Assembly: GCF_009834535.1 (NCBI RefSeq)
Contig: NC_045696.1
Span: 16,246,001-16,310,000, forward strand
Source: Camelus ferus
Lineage: Eukaryota
Direction: 5' to 3'
Length of the DNA: 64,000 bases
Within the stretch, counting starts at the first letter, position 1, and each line of letters starts with the position of its first letter. Shown here piece after piece: positions 14,100 through 27,832 of the stretch. The translations under genes and the position numbers were made by a program. The notes beneath the pieces were generated by a model. It made no database searches. It was not told where the DNA came from and saw nothing but the letters and a program-made list of their open reading frames with translations.

Positions 14100-14960
14100 T
14101 GAATCTCATGGCTGGAAAGATGCAGGGCAGGGCAGATCACAGAGGGCCTTTAATATCTAGCAAAGGAGTTTGGGATTAATTCAGTAGAAAATGAGGAACC
14201 ACCGAAATGGGACAGAGCCATTCCTCAGTATCAGGTAAAGATCTGGGGAACAGAGGGATAAAAATTAAACTAGGGAGAGCAATGAGGAGACAGCTATCAC
14301 AGTTATCCAGGCTGAAAGTAGTGCTGGCTGAAGGGAGGTGGGCAGTGGGCAGGGGGCGGGAGGGGATAAGAGAGAATCCAAAATGGAATTTAAAAGGAGT
14401 TGTCGGTTATTCAAGTACAGGACACAAAGACAGAGTCACAGATGGTTCTGAAGGTTCCAAGCCTGTGGCTGGGAGAACAGTTCTGCCACAGTTAGAAAAC
14501 AGGACGGCCGGCAGGAGAGCGAGGGGCTCAGTCTGGTACCCACTAAGCTCATGGAAGATCCAAGTTCATGACGGTTCCTGCAGACTGTTAGAAATACATA
14601 CACTAGAGCAGGAGGGAGAAGTCAGGGCTGGGGAAATACATTTCAGATTCATCCAAAAGTAGGAGGTCCTTCTATAGAGTTTCAAGAGTGGTTGGGATTT
14701 CCCGATGAAGAATTGCAGAAAGAGACAGAAAGAGATACAAGAAGAAAATGGTAGGGACCAAGAGAATAGGAAAAAAGGAGCAGAGAGCTATTGAGAGAAG
14801 TCACGGGAACAAGCTCAAGTTCTGTGTATGCAAGACAAAGAGAAAATATTTCCCGATGGAGGAGGAGGTTAAGTGACGGTAAATACCGCAAAGACACCAA
14901 GAACAGCATGGTGCCAGGTGGGGCCGAGAGCAGATCCCACTTCCCACTGGCAAACGTTAT
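14100..14960 (-). mobile_element. Decayed LINE-2 fragment
   Basis: Purine-rich degenerate L2 motifs (aaggagtttgg, ggagaagtcagggctgg). Confidence 0.5.
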
Positions 14961-16352
14961 TCCCTCAAGATGAACGAACATGTAAGCACCAATAATTATT
15001 CCAGAAGATCCTCTCTTTATATTGTAAGAACTTAACAGTCACAAGCATAAGATTTATATAAAAGAAATGCCCACTTAATTTATTAAAGCAGACATTGCTA
15101 AGTTATTAGCCATTACCTATGACTCCGTAAGACGTGAAAAAGTTGGAAGAAATCTAATGGGGGCCTTTTATCTGTACGGGGAAGGTCACTGCAAGCATCA
15201 AATAATTGAATCTTAGAATGGTGCTACAGCGAATAGATATATATTATAACTCAAATTAGACTTCAAGAGGACTGATTTGCTTGAGATTTTATCATTTAAA
15301 AGAATATCTTGCAATAAAACCAACTCCATGGATGGATATTAATCTCATACTTTAATGCTATTCTGTCAAATTGCTTTAATAGGTATATTTGAACAGAATT
15401 TTAACTTTTCAGATAAATTCTGTGTTGTTGAGTTAAAAGAGAATGTGAAGGATGATAGTAACATGTTAGAAATTAAATTTACATCCTGATTTTATTTTTT
15501 TCGTTTTCTACATCAATAATACTAACCACCAGTCATTGATTTGAAAGGTATAACACAGTCAGCTCGTGACAGGTGTGATTGGAAAGTGAAAAATTCTGTT
15601 GAATATTATTGTTAATAGCACATAGGCTATTTCTGAGTCAGCTTTAAAAAATACATCACACAGAAAAACCCGGTGAGTCTTTGGCAACGTAATAGGAGAT
15701 TCTCGAATCTTGTGATACTGTTTTTAAAAGGGCAGTTGCACTTGATACAAGCTCTTTTTTCCGGTAAAAAATGCATTTCAGTAATGACAAGTATAATAGG
15801 GGAATTTTCACTAGAAGAACTTAAGGTATGTCGATTATGCTCCAGGAAGTTAATTTTGTTTAGTCAGTTTTAAAGAGGAGTGACTGGTAGTATTTTTTGA
15901 AAGGAGTCCCAGCAGAGGGGGAGGGCAGGATGCCTGGTCTGAGATCCCAGGAGAAATGTCGGGAGGCGGGGCTGTTTATCCCACAGAAGACCAGGCTGGA
16001 GCTGAGCTCAAGGGGCTTTTCTTTGTTGCCTCAGAGCATACATCCTGTAGCACCAGGGGAGCCTTTTGAAGAAGACAGATTTTTTTTTTTCTCAAAGCAA
16101 AATGATGAGAACTGTGCAACTGTGGAGCAGGCTGCCCATCACTTACACCTTTCTTGTCCTCACACATGTTCGGGGAGAGACTAAGGATTCGCTGGATGTG
16201 CCCTCCAGCCTAGAAGAAACTGTACCTTGTGCACTGCCCCCATTCCACTGCAAATGCCCCATCAAAGCACGTTGCCCATTCCTCTGTGACCGCAGTTTCC
16301 TAGGAGAGCCTTGTGGTGAAGGGAATGGCCAGGTACCTCTCCAGGTCTTTCA

Positions 16353-16366
16353 CCACTAGGGGGAGT
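16353..16366 (+). promoter_or_regulatory. Candidate CTCF site (CCACTAGGGGGAGT)
   Basis: 12/14 match to the consensus, about 275 bp upstream of exon 14. Confidence 0.4.
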
Positions 16367-16409
16367 GGTGCAGCGCTTCAGAGCATCTGCCAAGGTCTAA
16401 GCCATTCTC

Positions 16410-16570
16410 CCTGGGCTCAGATCCCACCAGGGGCGCTTGCTAGCTGTGGTTTTGTGCGAGTGACTTGACTACCGTGTGCCTCAGTTTTCACCTCTGTAAG
16501 ATGGAGCTGATGATGGTACCCACCTGGTGGCTGTAAATAAGATCATGCATGTTGAGTGGTTGCATTCGTG
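16410..16570 (+). mobile_element. MIR SINE
   Basis: gtgcctcagttttcacctctgtaagatggag core, just upstream of exon 14. Confidence 0.65.
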
Positions 16571-16599
16571 CCCGCAGACAGCACATGGTACTGTTATGA

Positions 16600-16902
<303 letters not shown>

Positions 16903-19535
16903 TAGCTCTCTCATGCTCTTAAGGAATGACTTTTGTTATGAAGCTTTAAAACTCCTTTCTCACCGAGGGGTATATTGTGGCTTTCATTCCAAAAGCACAA
17001 TATTCAGTTAGGGTTTATGAGCCCGTGGCCTAGAATTCCCACCTTCAAAGGAAACAGACAGGTGGTGAAATTATGGAAATCACAGTTCACTCAGTGGAGA
17101 GAGAAATTTTAATGGGGCCTGCATAAATGGAGGTTTGAAAGGCACCAGAATAATCTGCATTGGTTATTTATTCTAGTGCGTTAAATTTCAGATGGCATTA
17201 AATGTTAAAGGCAACGATAGAGAACCACTTATGTAATGAAATGTAATTTTGCTTAAGAGTTACACAATTTTGTGTTTAGAAGGTTAAATACAAGGCAGCT
17301 GTCAAAATTAAGAAGCACGTTGATCTAAACGTTTCTTCCTGTGATAATTCAGAAAAGCAAGGTTTTCTTTGTCAACAAATTTGCACAATGGATTATGTAC
17401 CTTCTTTCATAGGGATTTCTTAGCAGAAACTTCCAAATATCTATTTATAAGAGAGAATTCTTTAGTTTTTCTTATTCCATATCTTTTTACATGTTCAGAA
17501 GTATAAATTTTGAAGCATAGGAACACCTTGATTTCTAGACACTAATTAGTATGTTTTTCAAGAGCACATAGGATTTTATCTGTAACTTTCTTTGTTAAAG
17601 TAGCAACTTTTGATGGTTGAAAATTTTTGTGTAGACTATTTTCAGAACATGAGTAATCACCACAAATTGGTTCCATTAATTGGAAAAAAAAAAAAAGGTA
17701 CCTTTTAGTAATATCAGATACAAACAGCAGTGTTATTTATGATACAAAAATAATCCAGACTTTTCCATTTATAAAACTAATTCTTACATAGAGGGAAAAA
17801 TTTAAGGATATTTAGTTATCAAAGACCTGGGTAACTTCCTTATTAAATTGTATTATACTGGAATGCTAGTTGTGTTATTTTTTTAGGTAGATAGATTCTG
17901 GTAGATAGATTTAAAATCTTCATCATTTAGCCTCTAATGAGAGTTGTTTGTGAAAAATGTCCAATCTCAGCTTGTAAATGGAATGCTGCACACAAGATTT
18001 CCTCTTTTCCTTTAGGATGCTGTTGTTTAATTGATGGAGGAAAAGGTAACATGTCTGAAGTCTACCAAACTTCGTTTCATAGGAAATTACAGTCCTCACT
18101 GCCCTTTTTATACCAAATAATGTTAAGTGTGTAGTTTGTCATTTATGTCCAAATCTTAGCTTTTTATTTAAAAAGTTAAATATATAGATTATACCCTATT
18201 TTTTCTTAAAAATTGCCTTTGCCATTGAGAAGTTATCTGCAATGTGATTCTAAAATTACAATTTCTAGAGAATTGCCTATCCTTTTCTTATAATTTAAGA
18301 CCTTTTCACATCTCTTACAAATATATAGTTTCTATAAATGCAGTGTTCTTATTTCATATGTATTATTATTTATTCATTTTGGAAAAGTAGAATAGAACAT
18401 ACTTTAGAGTTTACCTAAGTCATTTTTATGAACACACACACAAATAATAGGGACTACAAATTGTAATTTATGACAAAGTTTATGGAAAGAGATTCCGAGC
18501 GTTAACAGCATAAGCTAAGTTAGCAGCAGTGTAAAATTAATTTACAGACCTTAATACGTAGTTTGTTGTAATACTTGGTATTTCTCTTACATGTTATGAC
18601 TCTTAGAAATGTGGACTGTGTGGAATTCACAGACATAAAAGACATTCCAGCCCTGTTCATGTTAACTCTTCACATTTAGTGAATACAGTGAAATGCAATG
18701 AGCTTGGTGCCACGGAGCACAAAAGACAATAGGAAAACATTATGTATCTTCCCCAAAGCTGCTGCATTTCCTGAATTTCAAAATTTCCCTTTCTCACTCA
18801 ATGAAATCTTGAGAGCTTAGCTGCTTTATATATGAATATCAGCGTGCATGTTTCCTTGCTGCCTTTAATGAGGTATATTTAACTTTGCAGTTATCATGTT
18901 AATGGTATATATAATACCAACAGTTAAATGAATCTGCCCTTTTATGCCCTAAGCATTTTATCTTGCCTCTGAATTTATTCATATGCATACATATATATGG
19001 TCTCCATTAAATATTATATGCATTCCATTAAACAAGCTGTTTATGTTAGCCAAACAGATCCATTTCGTCTTGGGAAAAAATGGAAGGAATATTGATTGTT
19101 TGTTTTATGTAGAAATATAGAAAGAAACGATTTTATTTCACTAAAGCCGCTTCTTGAAATCCAAATCCTGATGCCATCGTCAACAGAACACTGCCCCTGT
19201 TTTCTTATCCTTCTGCCCCTTAACAATTCCCCACATCACTTAAGAAGTAAAGAAGTCTTGGTCCAAGTTAGGAGGCAAGCTGTGATTTTTTTTCCCTCCC
19301 CCAACTTGCCAAATAATCCAAAGAAGACTGGATTAACTATATTGTGCTTTCCCCAAAGTCATCTGCTTTTTGAAGGTGAAGAACAAAACCAATTTGGAGA
19401 GACCCCACAACACCGTGGACCACCACTTCTGCTCAGAAGTGGGCTCTGAGAGTGGCAGGTGGCTTGTGGCCATTGGGCTCACGTTCCTAACAGCACACAT
19501 GGTAGAGCTGGTCCTGCGAGACAGTCTGCAGGCAG

Positions 19536-19564
19536 ACACACACACACACACACGCACGCACACA

Positions 19565-19600
<36 letters not shown>
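19536..19600. repeat. (CA)n microsatellite, interrupted, APP intron 14
   Basis: Seen directly. Confidence 0.95.
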
Positions 19601-19602
<2 letters not shown>

Positions 19603-20399
19603 GCCCTTGGGTACAGCCAGGGTAGATGCCCAGTTGGGCAGAGTCCGTGACTGAGCGCCTCTAGATCGTTGACCAGCGTACAGTCATTACATTGACTGAG
19701 TCTCATCAAAAGAGCTACTATTCTTGTTTAAAAAAGGATGTTACTGATAAACAGCAAACTCGTACATGACAGTATTGGAGGCAATAATATTTAAGATCTC
19801 AGAGAGTTTGAATTCTGGTTTTCACCATTATCAGACCAACACTCCTTTTATCATATTTTGAGAGGACTCCTTAATGATGAATCTTAAAACAAAATGAACT
19901 GACACAGTTTAGAGGGGAAAGTCAATATAATGGGCGTGATTTATAGTAAGTGTTTTAACATGTGAGTGTTCAGGCTTGACTCCCATGGAAACAATGGCAG
20001 TCGGGTGTCTGCCCCCAAATGGATGTGACAAGTACAGGTGCAGACTGCTAAGGGGGCTCTGAATTAAACATCCTTTCTTCATTTTATCCATTGGGGAGCT
20101 CCAGGGAGATCCAGCCTACAGTAGGAATTGTTGCAGAAATGCTTGGTGTTTATATATAAAGCTGACTTAAGTTTTGGACTCACATTGTCATAAATACATA
20201 AATGTCCAGCAGGAATTTAGGAAGCTGCATAGAGTGTGGAACAATTTTTATTTGTGTGGGACTGCCCCATGCATGTCATCTAGCATCCCAGATCCCCACT
20301 AAAAGCCACGAGTGTCTTCCCTCCTTCTCCAGTCATAGTGACAACCAAAGTCACCTCCACTTTCCTCACCATCCCACATTCTGGAATGATGTGGATCAG

Positions 20400-20582
20400 A
20401 GTTTAAATTCCATTTCTGCTGTGTCATTTTGGGCAACTCACAGAGCCTCTCAGGCTATTTCCCAGTCTGTGAAATAAAGCTGATAACAATTCCTAACTTA
20501 AAGATAGGATGTGCACATTAGTTGAGATGGTATGAAGACCTCTTAGCAAAGCCCCTGGAACATAGTAAATGTTCAGTGGTAG
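20400..20582 (+). mobile_element. MIR SINE
   Basis: tctgtgaaataaagctgataac...cctggaacatagtaaatgttcag. Confidence 0.6.
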
Positions 20583-20821
20583 TTTTTTTTTTTTTTTTTT
20601 TTAATAGAACCAGGATCTCATTAGAGAGGTTTTACCAGCTTGTCTCAAGGAGAGATACTCTGTGCCCCAAACAGTATATCCTTAAAATTAATGTATATAG
20701 CAAGCCCTATAATAGTCCCCAAATCTTATCCTTTCTCCCCATCTCCCTCTTCTCCTTGTTTCTCGTGACTCTTACAGACATGTGCTTGCACACAGGGCTA
20801 CTGAAAATATGTTAAGTTCTC

Positions 20822-20945
20822 GGCAGGGTGGGTATAGCTCAGTGGTAGAGTGCATGCCTAGCATGCATAAGGTCCTGGGTTCAATCCTCTGTTGACTCCC
20901 TTACAAAATAAATAAATAAACCCAATTACCTCAAAAAAATAAAAT
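20822..20945 (+). mobile_element. tRNA-Ala-derived SINE (Vic-1 type)
   Basis: tatagctcagtggtagag...ggttcaatcc head, (TAAA)n tail with an aattacctc motif, degenerate TSD. Confidence 0.9.
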
Positions 20946-23900
20946 AAAATATCTAAAATCCTCAAAGAATTTCCTCTCATTGTTCCTGCAGCCCTTATCA
21001 TCCGAGCTTCAAGTGCCGACCAAAAACTTTGTTGTTTTTCTCAAGAACAATCAGTCAGATCCACAGAGAGGATCAGACACCCAGACATTCTTTTAATTTA
21101 CACTGAAAAAATAAGCGTATCAGGAACACAGTTTTCCAGTATTTTTAGGCTCTTTGGCCAGCTGCGATTTGCCTTCAGGCATTTTTATTCTGTGGTTTTT
21201 CTGATCCACAAAACTGAAATGGCTAAACTCAAGTGAAGCCGTTGTTTATAAAACGGTTGTTCTCATGGGTGGTGAAATCATCCAACTGAAAGCTTTTGTG
21301 TTGATAGCGTTTTGTTTGTTCTGCATTTTCCTGATCGCCTGAGCAGGCCAGCCCGAAGGTCAACATGGGATGCAGTGGCCACCAGAAACTCGTTGTGGCC
21401 AACAGTCAGCTCCCCTATGTGTAAAACATACATAAAATGCTGTAATATTTTTCAAGAGGTGCAGCGGGTCTTGTAAGACTGGACGTGTGTGGTTGCATCG
21501 TGAAGTTGCCCTCTGGTAGATTCCCACTTAGCTGTAAAGCAGCAATGAACAAATCACTTAAATGGGGAAACTGAGATTAATGTCCTTCATCAGACTTGCC
21601 AGGCAGTCCTTTTCAGGCCTCTCTTATCTACAGTAAAACCGGTTTCCTGCCGACTCCTCCATCACTAACTTAGGCATGGTGGGGAGGGGAATTTAGGCTA
21701 GGCAGCATCTAGCTTAGACTTGGTCTCTTACAGGGAATGCCAGAACTAACAAACTCAAAAGTCCTCGAGTTTCCATCATTCTCTGTCTTTCTTTTCATAA
21801 TGGACCATTGATTCAGAGCTGCTGAAGGCAGTGGAATAACACATTCCTGCTTAAGCTTTATTTTACCTCTGTAAGGTGATCTGTTTCTTATTTCCCATTT
21901 ACTAAACAGCCAAAGTAACATGTTTTGAAGACTATATTCAAGTTTCTTTCCAGTTCAACAAGTAATGGTCCATTTGAAAATTAGGAAGTATTGATTTTGT
22001 TTTGGGAAATAATGCACTACTTTATCCTGACAATGTATATTCTTTTTTTTTTTTTTTTTGCGATGATGTAATTATCTTTTTTAAAATGTATGGATGTCCG
22101 ATCACTGAACACACAAGTTTATTTATTTTTTGAATATTAATTCCTACTAAATCAGCCTCGCTCTGTTAAAGCAAACTAAAGTTTAAGTCCCTAAAACTGT
22201 TATTCTTTATCTTCCTAAAAAATAAAAAAAGATTTTATTACTGTTTTCAAATAATACATGCACCTTGAAACAAGGAGGCAGAGAAATTCAGAGGAATGAT
22301 CTTCTGATCCAGAATAAACTGATGATAGCTTTTTGTGGTCATACCTTTCAGACTTTTTCCTAGGCATATTTGATACTTTTCAATATTCTCTTGAATAATG
22401 ATGGAAGAGGGCTTTATCATTTGTCAGGTTCTTTGGCATATGTGTGCAAATGAGCCCTGGAAAAACCCAGCTTCCCTGTGACAAAACCGAGGCTCAGAAA
22501 GAATGTAGTTTTCGCTGAGAGTTTTAGTGGTGGATAGGTGATGGCTTTAAAGTCAGTCCCTGGGACTGACTACCAAGTCTTCAGCCTACATTGAAACCAC
22601 AGGTTCAGCTGCTTCTCTGTGAGTCAGAGACCGTGTCTAGTGACTTAACTGTTGAAGGTGATCACCACTTAAAGTTACTTTTTTGCTCTGTGACTTGGCT
22701 TTGGTCCATTCTTACCTTCAACTGAAGCACCATTTGGGGCTTTTGTCATCAGAAAGTTCTCCAAAAGTATGATAATCCTCCAGTTAACACATTTTACAAG
22801 GAGTAAAAAAGTCCCTCGCGCTGTGTTGTTGTGGACGGGGGAAAAGATGGAATATAAAGAAGCAGTTACTGTTCAGGTGTATTTGGGAGTTGCTGAAGGA
22901 AGGATGTCTTAATCTGATACAGGAATAGAGCCTTAGAGATAAGTCATTAGGATATTTCATAAGTGGGATGTTTAATAAATGCAGTTGTATAGTATTTGAG
23001 AGTTTCAGAAGTAGGTTTAAAAAAATGTTTGTTCCTCATTACAATTATAAGACACAGTCATTATTATTTCTGTTTTACCCAAGAAGAAACAGCCTTAGAA
23101 ATGGTCATTTGCCCAACGTCGCTTCCATCATGTATGTTGGGTTTAGTACATGCCTCGGTCTTTCTTTCTCCACCGTGCTGCCAGTCTGCATGATAACGGA
23201 CCAGCCCACTTTTCTCTTTTGATGCATCCAAATGTCTTGGTATTCTCAGCAACATCGTGTTCTCCTATTTTGAAGACTTGGCTTGCTGCCGCTTGGTTCT
23301 CCCTCACTGTTCTGCCAGCGTGTGTCATTCAAAATCGATTTGGACTTATAATCCCATCTTGGAATGCCTGGGCTGTGTGCATCAGTAAGCTGGCTGGTCT
23401 TACTGAAATTGCTGATCCAGATGCCATCCCATCCAGCGCCCCTTCTCTTCTTGCGGACACCTCTGCACACTTTTCCCTACCTTCTCACCTCTGTCCTTCC
23501 CAGGCCTTCCCCGGGCTTTTTCCCTCCCTCCTGGCTTCACGGGCCACTTGTCCATGTATTAATCCTAAAAGCTTTCTGTGTCTCCCTTGCCTATTTCTTC
23601 AAAGACCAGGGTAAGTTCAAGGTAATATTTCCTGAGAACCAGAAGCACTTTGGAAATAATGGAAAACAATGGTGGGCATTCTTGTGCTGCCCGCAGTGTT
23701 TTCTTTGGGTCAGACCCAGCACACTCACCAAGGAAAAATTGTGAAAGGTGACCGATGCGGAAGGAAATAGTCACACCTTGCATATTTCAACTGTAAACTG
23801 TGTGTCATCTATGAAACAGAAACCAGCCTTTAAAAAATAGAGAGAGAAGAACTTTCTGGTTTACCTCTTCTACCCTCAAAAGAGGAACAAATTTGATTCG

Positions 23901-24415
23901 CTAAATGGCAGATTATGTGGTGAAACTCTCCTCTCCTGATAAATTCATATTTGCATTTCCCCTGGGGATTTAACGGAGTCCTTTTGTAGATTAATTAACT
24001 GTAAAATAAGATAAGCTTGGACAGTTGTAAAGGGAAGTATCTTTAAGATTTTCCACTGGGCTGGGCATAACGTATTTCACTTCTAATCAAAAGCCAAGAA
24101 ACTATCTCTAAACTCGCTGAGAGGAAACCCACCCGCCCCAGCCCCTCTTCTTTGATGTTGCCGCGTATCCTGGTGAGTGCTTTCATTAGAAGACTGAGGA
24201 GCAGGGCTGGCACATCGGTAGCGATAAGCCATTTGAAGTGGTACCCCTCCCATCCTTGGTGCTCGGGATTAACTCACTGTGGTTCTTTTCCAGCTGCTCC
24301 GTTTTTATAACTTGTGTATTGCACATGCTTTTCCCTGCACTGTGTTCAGGAGCCACGACTTACCGTCTCGAATTTGTCTTGTTTGCTTTCCGTGTATCTT
24401 GCTTCCTGTGCCCAG

Positions 24416-24469
24416 TCGAGCCTGTTGACGCCCGCCCTGCTGCCGACCGAGGACTGACCACTCGACCAG
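24416..24469 (+). CDS. APP: APP coding exon 15, 54 nt, VEPVDARPAADRGLTTRP(G); the cassette exon skipped in L-APP isoforms
   Basis: Peptide visible in ORF 24238..24564. Acceptor cttcctgtgcccAG, donor GTacag at 24470. Same phase at both ends and a multiple of 3. Confidence 0.97.
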
Positions 24470-26162
24470 GTACAGCCCGGGTGCCCTCCACCCCTCCGCA
24501 TCTCGCTGCTTGCGCAGACGCAGCCCCTTGCTTCAGGACCAGCCTCTCTGAATCGCAACTATAGACAAGTAGGATTTGAAATGGCCATGGAAACCGCACT
24601 TTTTTTTTAAAGACCCCTTTGCTTTTCCTTACACTTCATTTCCCAAGTTCCTAATTAGGTGATCTGTTTTTTTCTTTCCGAGCGTTCCTTTGGAAACAGT
24701 AAAAGAGAGCCCGTCCAACTTTTAGTTTTTTCTTTTTTCAAGTGGAGAGGGTTATATAGAGCCTGTCTGGCCTCAAAAATGGAAACCTGCACAGATGCAG
24801 ACTCTGTCTGGTGGCGACCTGGTTACTGCTGTGAACACACCTTATCCTGCCTTTCTTGTTTGGTGTCTGGATGGTCAGTTTCTAACTGAACTGGGCTCAA
24901 ACTTCAGTCAGTTCCTCAAGTAGACATGACTCCCTAAAAATATCAGAATTGGAGTATCTCTAGAGCCCAGAACTATTTACATTTTATCTTTTACGGGTTG
25001 AATGTATTTATTCTTGATGGGTGGCTAAAACACAACTGATGTACATGCCTAATTTTACAAAGAAGTCCTTTATTTTTTAATGCTACTTAAAATTCCCATT
25101 CACACCGGTATGGACGGATGCTTCTTTTTTTGTAGTTTCCCAGGCATTAAGAAGAAATGCATTTTCACCTTTGTTCTGTATTGATCCCATTTCTCAAACT
25201 CAGTTTTAAGAATAATGTCAAACCACAGCAGAAGCATATACATGCCTGGTTTTGACTCTGTGCACAACCTCACCCAACTGATAGTTGCTTTCAGTGAATC
25301 AAAAAGAGGAGAAAAGTTACTGAATTAAAAATATGTATGTTCTGGGGAGATTTTACTCTTAACAGTGCAAACCTACCCATGTTTGTTTTCCTCTTTATCG
25401 TCGTAATGTCCCCGCGCAGTAATCAAGGAACAGGGAGCTAACCTCATTTGGAGATGCTACCACGTGGAGGTCGACCTTTGCTCCCTGGGTCAGATACAGT
25501 CAGCAGCGGGGCCCAGCAGACCCTGCCCTTCTCTCTGCCAGCAAAGGCTCATGTTACATCTGCCTCCAACCACAATCACTGGCGAGAAATTCAGAGTCTG
25601 CCTTGTGGCGTCTTCATGCCTCTACGCTGTAATTAACAGGGCAGCAGGGACAATGGAGTGACACATCTTGACAGCCGATCTCCTTGATTTTATGTCTCTT
25701 TCTGTAGGGCTTTTCAGAAGAGTTTAAATGATAGTAAGTCAGACACAGTCTTAGCTCTCCTAACATCTTCCTTATTGCCAGTGTCACACAAGTGAATTTC
25801 AGGGAACCAGCAATTGGCACGTCCCTGTCCTGCTTCAGCCCACGGGTGGGGCCCAAGGCTGAAAGTCAGTTACATTCTAACTGCAGCCGAGACCAGCTTG
25901 GGCCTTTATTTCATGGTGCTTCCTACTTTATTTTTAAAGGAAGAGATGCTTTTTCGTTTGCCAGCATAAAATGTGCATTAGAAGCACTCATTCAACCAAT
26001 TTTATTATTAAGTTGCTACATTGGGAACACTGGGCTATTATGTTCCTCCTGAAATACCCAGGAAGAGGTAACACCACCAAAGTTGGGGTTTTTTGTTTTT
26101 GGGGGTTTTTTGTTCTTTTTAAAAAAAAAAAAAATCTTAACACAATAAGGACTTTTCCTTAC

Positions 26163-27157
26163 AATGTGCTGAATTATATCATTCGATTTTCCAAACTTAG
26201 AAACCCTTTCCAGGATTGTCACATCATGTCATTCAACTGATGGCATTGTTTTTTTTGAATAATCATTGTAGTCACTTTGAAACAAGTAAAGAAAGGGCTT
26301 TTTAGGGGAAGAACCAGAGAACAGTTAGAGGTAATATATAGATGGGAAGGAAGCCCCTTCTAAAAGCTTCGCTGTAACAGTAGGAATATCTCATTTCGAT
26401 ACTTCAGCAAAGACCCTGCAACTGCTCTGGAGGGTTGAAAGAAACTAAGTGAGAAGGTCCCCACTCTCAGGAGTTTGAAGTGTAATAGAAGGGCCACACT
26501 TTGCATAATTAGAAAGATGAGAAGGAGTCAGAAAGGCTGGAAAGAGCAAAGCGACGTAAAGTGCAAAGCACCTCGTGGCGTTTGTTTGGGGCGTGAGCAG
26601 ACGGGGCCGTAACCAAGGTGTGTGTCAGTCAGGGATTTGCTGGGGGTGAGCTTCAGGACAGGTTTTGAGAGGTGCTAGGTCCACCCCATTGGCAAAGATG
26701 AGGGGAGCAATTCTATACAGAATGAAAGTATGGCCTGGGCCAAGTTTGCTTTATTACACCATTGTGAGGCTTGGAACCCCCCAGTAGAAAAGGGCCATAG
26801 ATGGAAAAGAATGCTCAGGTAGGAAGTGAGGGAGATTCTGATTAAATTATGTATATGAATAGCTCTATTTGCTGGATGTGTGTTAAGACATACATGTGCT
26901 CTGTATTCTTGTGCTTGTAGTGAGTCTTTCGAGCATTTGGACCAATTCCCCCCCCAATTTTCTAGCGTTAGTTTTGATTCTTTGTCATCACACTTTTATG
27001 AGACCACCTGCGTGAGTCTAATGTACTGAATTATGTCTTTAGTTTTTCCATACCTAGAAACCCTTTCCAGAATTGTCAAATCGTGTCACTGAATTGATGG
27101 CATTGTTTTTTGAATAATCACTGTTGTCCCTCTGAAACAAGTAAAGAAAGGGCTTTT
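26163..27157 (+). repeat. Direct duplication of about 140 bp (26163-26302 and 27020-27157)
   Basis: Both copies share aatgt(g/a)ctgaattat...tagaaaccctttccag...tgatggcattgtttttt...gaataatca...tgaaacaagtaaagaaagggctttt. Confidence 0.9.
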
Positions 27158-27378
27158 GTATAATCACGACTGAGGAAGATGACTTCTCCTTGACTTTCAT
27201 ATCTGAAATACCAGGGCTTGGTAACTTCTAGTGTTAAGAAGGGAACACCACACTATCATAGGTGATTTCTGGGGACAGTGGCCATGACAGCTGCTCCCCT
27301 AGGCTTATTCCCAGAGAGAAATAGACTCTGAAGGACAAGTTACCAGTTACCATTTGACCAGAATAAGGAAGAAAAATA

Positions 27379-27832
27379 CAGGCATACCTCGTTTTATTGC
27401 ACTTCCCAGATGCTGCGAGTTTTGCAAATTGAAGGTTTGTGGCAACTCTGAGGCGAGTAAGTCTATCGGTGCCACTTTTCCAAGAGCATTTGCTTACTCA
27501 TGTCTCTGTGTCACAGTTTGGTGATTGTCTCATGGTTTCACACTTATGTATTATTACTGCTGTATTATGGTGCTCGGTGATCTTTGATGTACTACTTGCA
27601 AAAAGATTACAACCCACTGAAGGCTTAGATGATGGTTAGCATTTTTTAGCAGTAAACGATTTTTAATTCAGGTCCATATGCTCCTTTTTAAAAACTAGAC
27701 TACAGTATAGTGCAAATATAACTTTTATGTGCATCCAGAAAGGGAACCCCCAAAATTTGCATGACTTTATTGCAATAGTCACTCTACTGGGTGGTCTGGA
27801 ACTAAACCCGCAGTATCTCTGAGATGCGTCTG
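27379..27832 (+). mobile_element. Tigger1a-type non-autonomous DNA transposon (TcMar)
   Basis: TA|caggcatacctcgttttattgc ... gagatgcgtctg|TA with TA target duplication. Confidence 0.88.

Noticed and set aside
19333..19709. HT/CV-repeat ORFs
   Set aside because: Translations of the (CA)n microsatellite.
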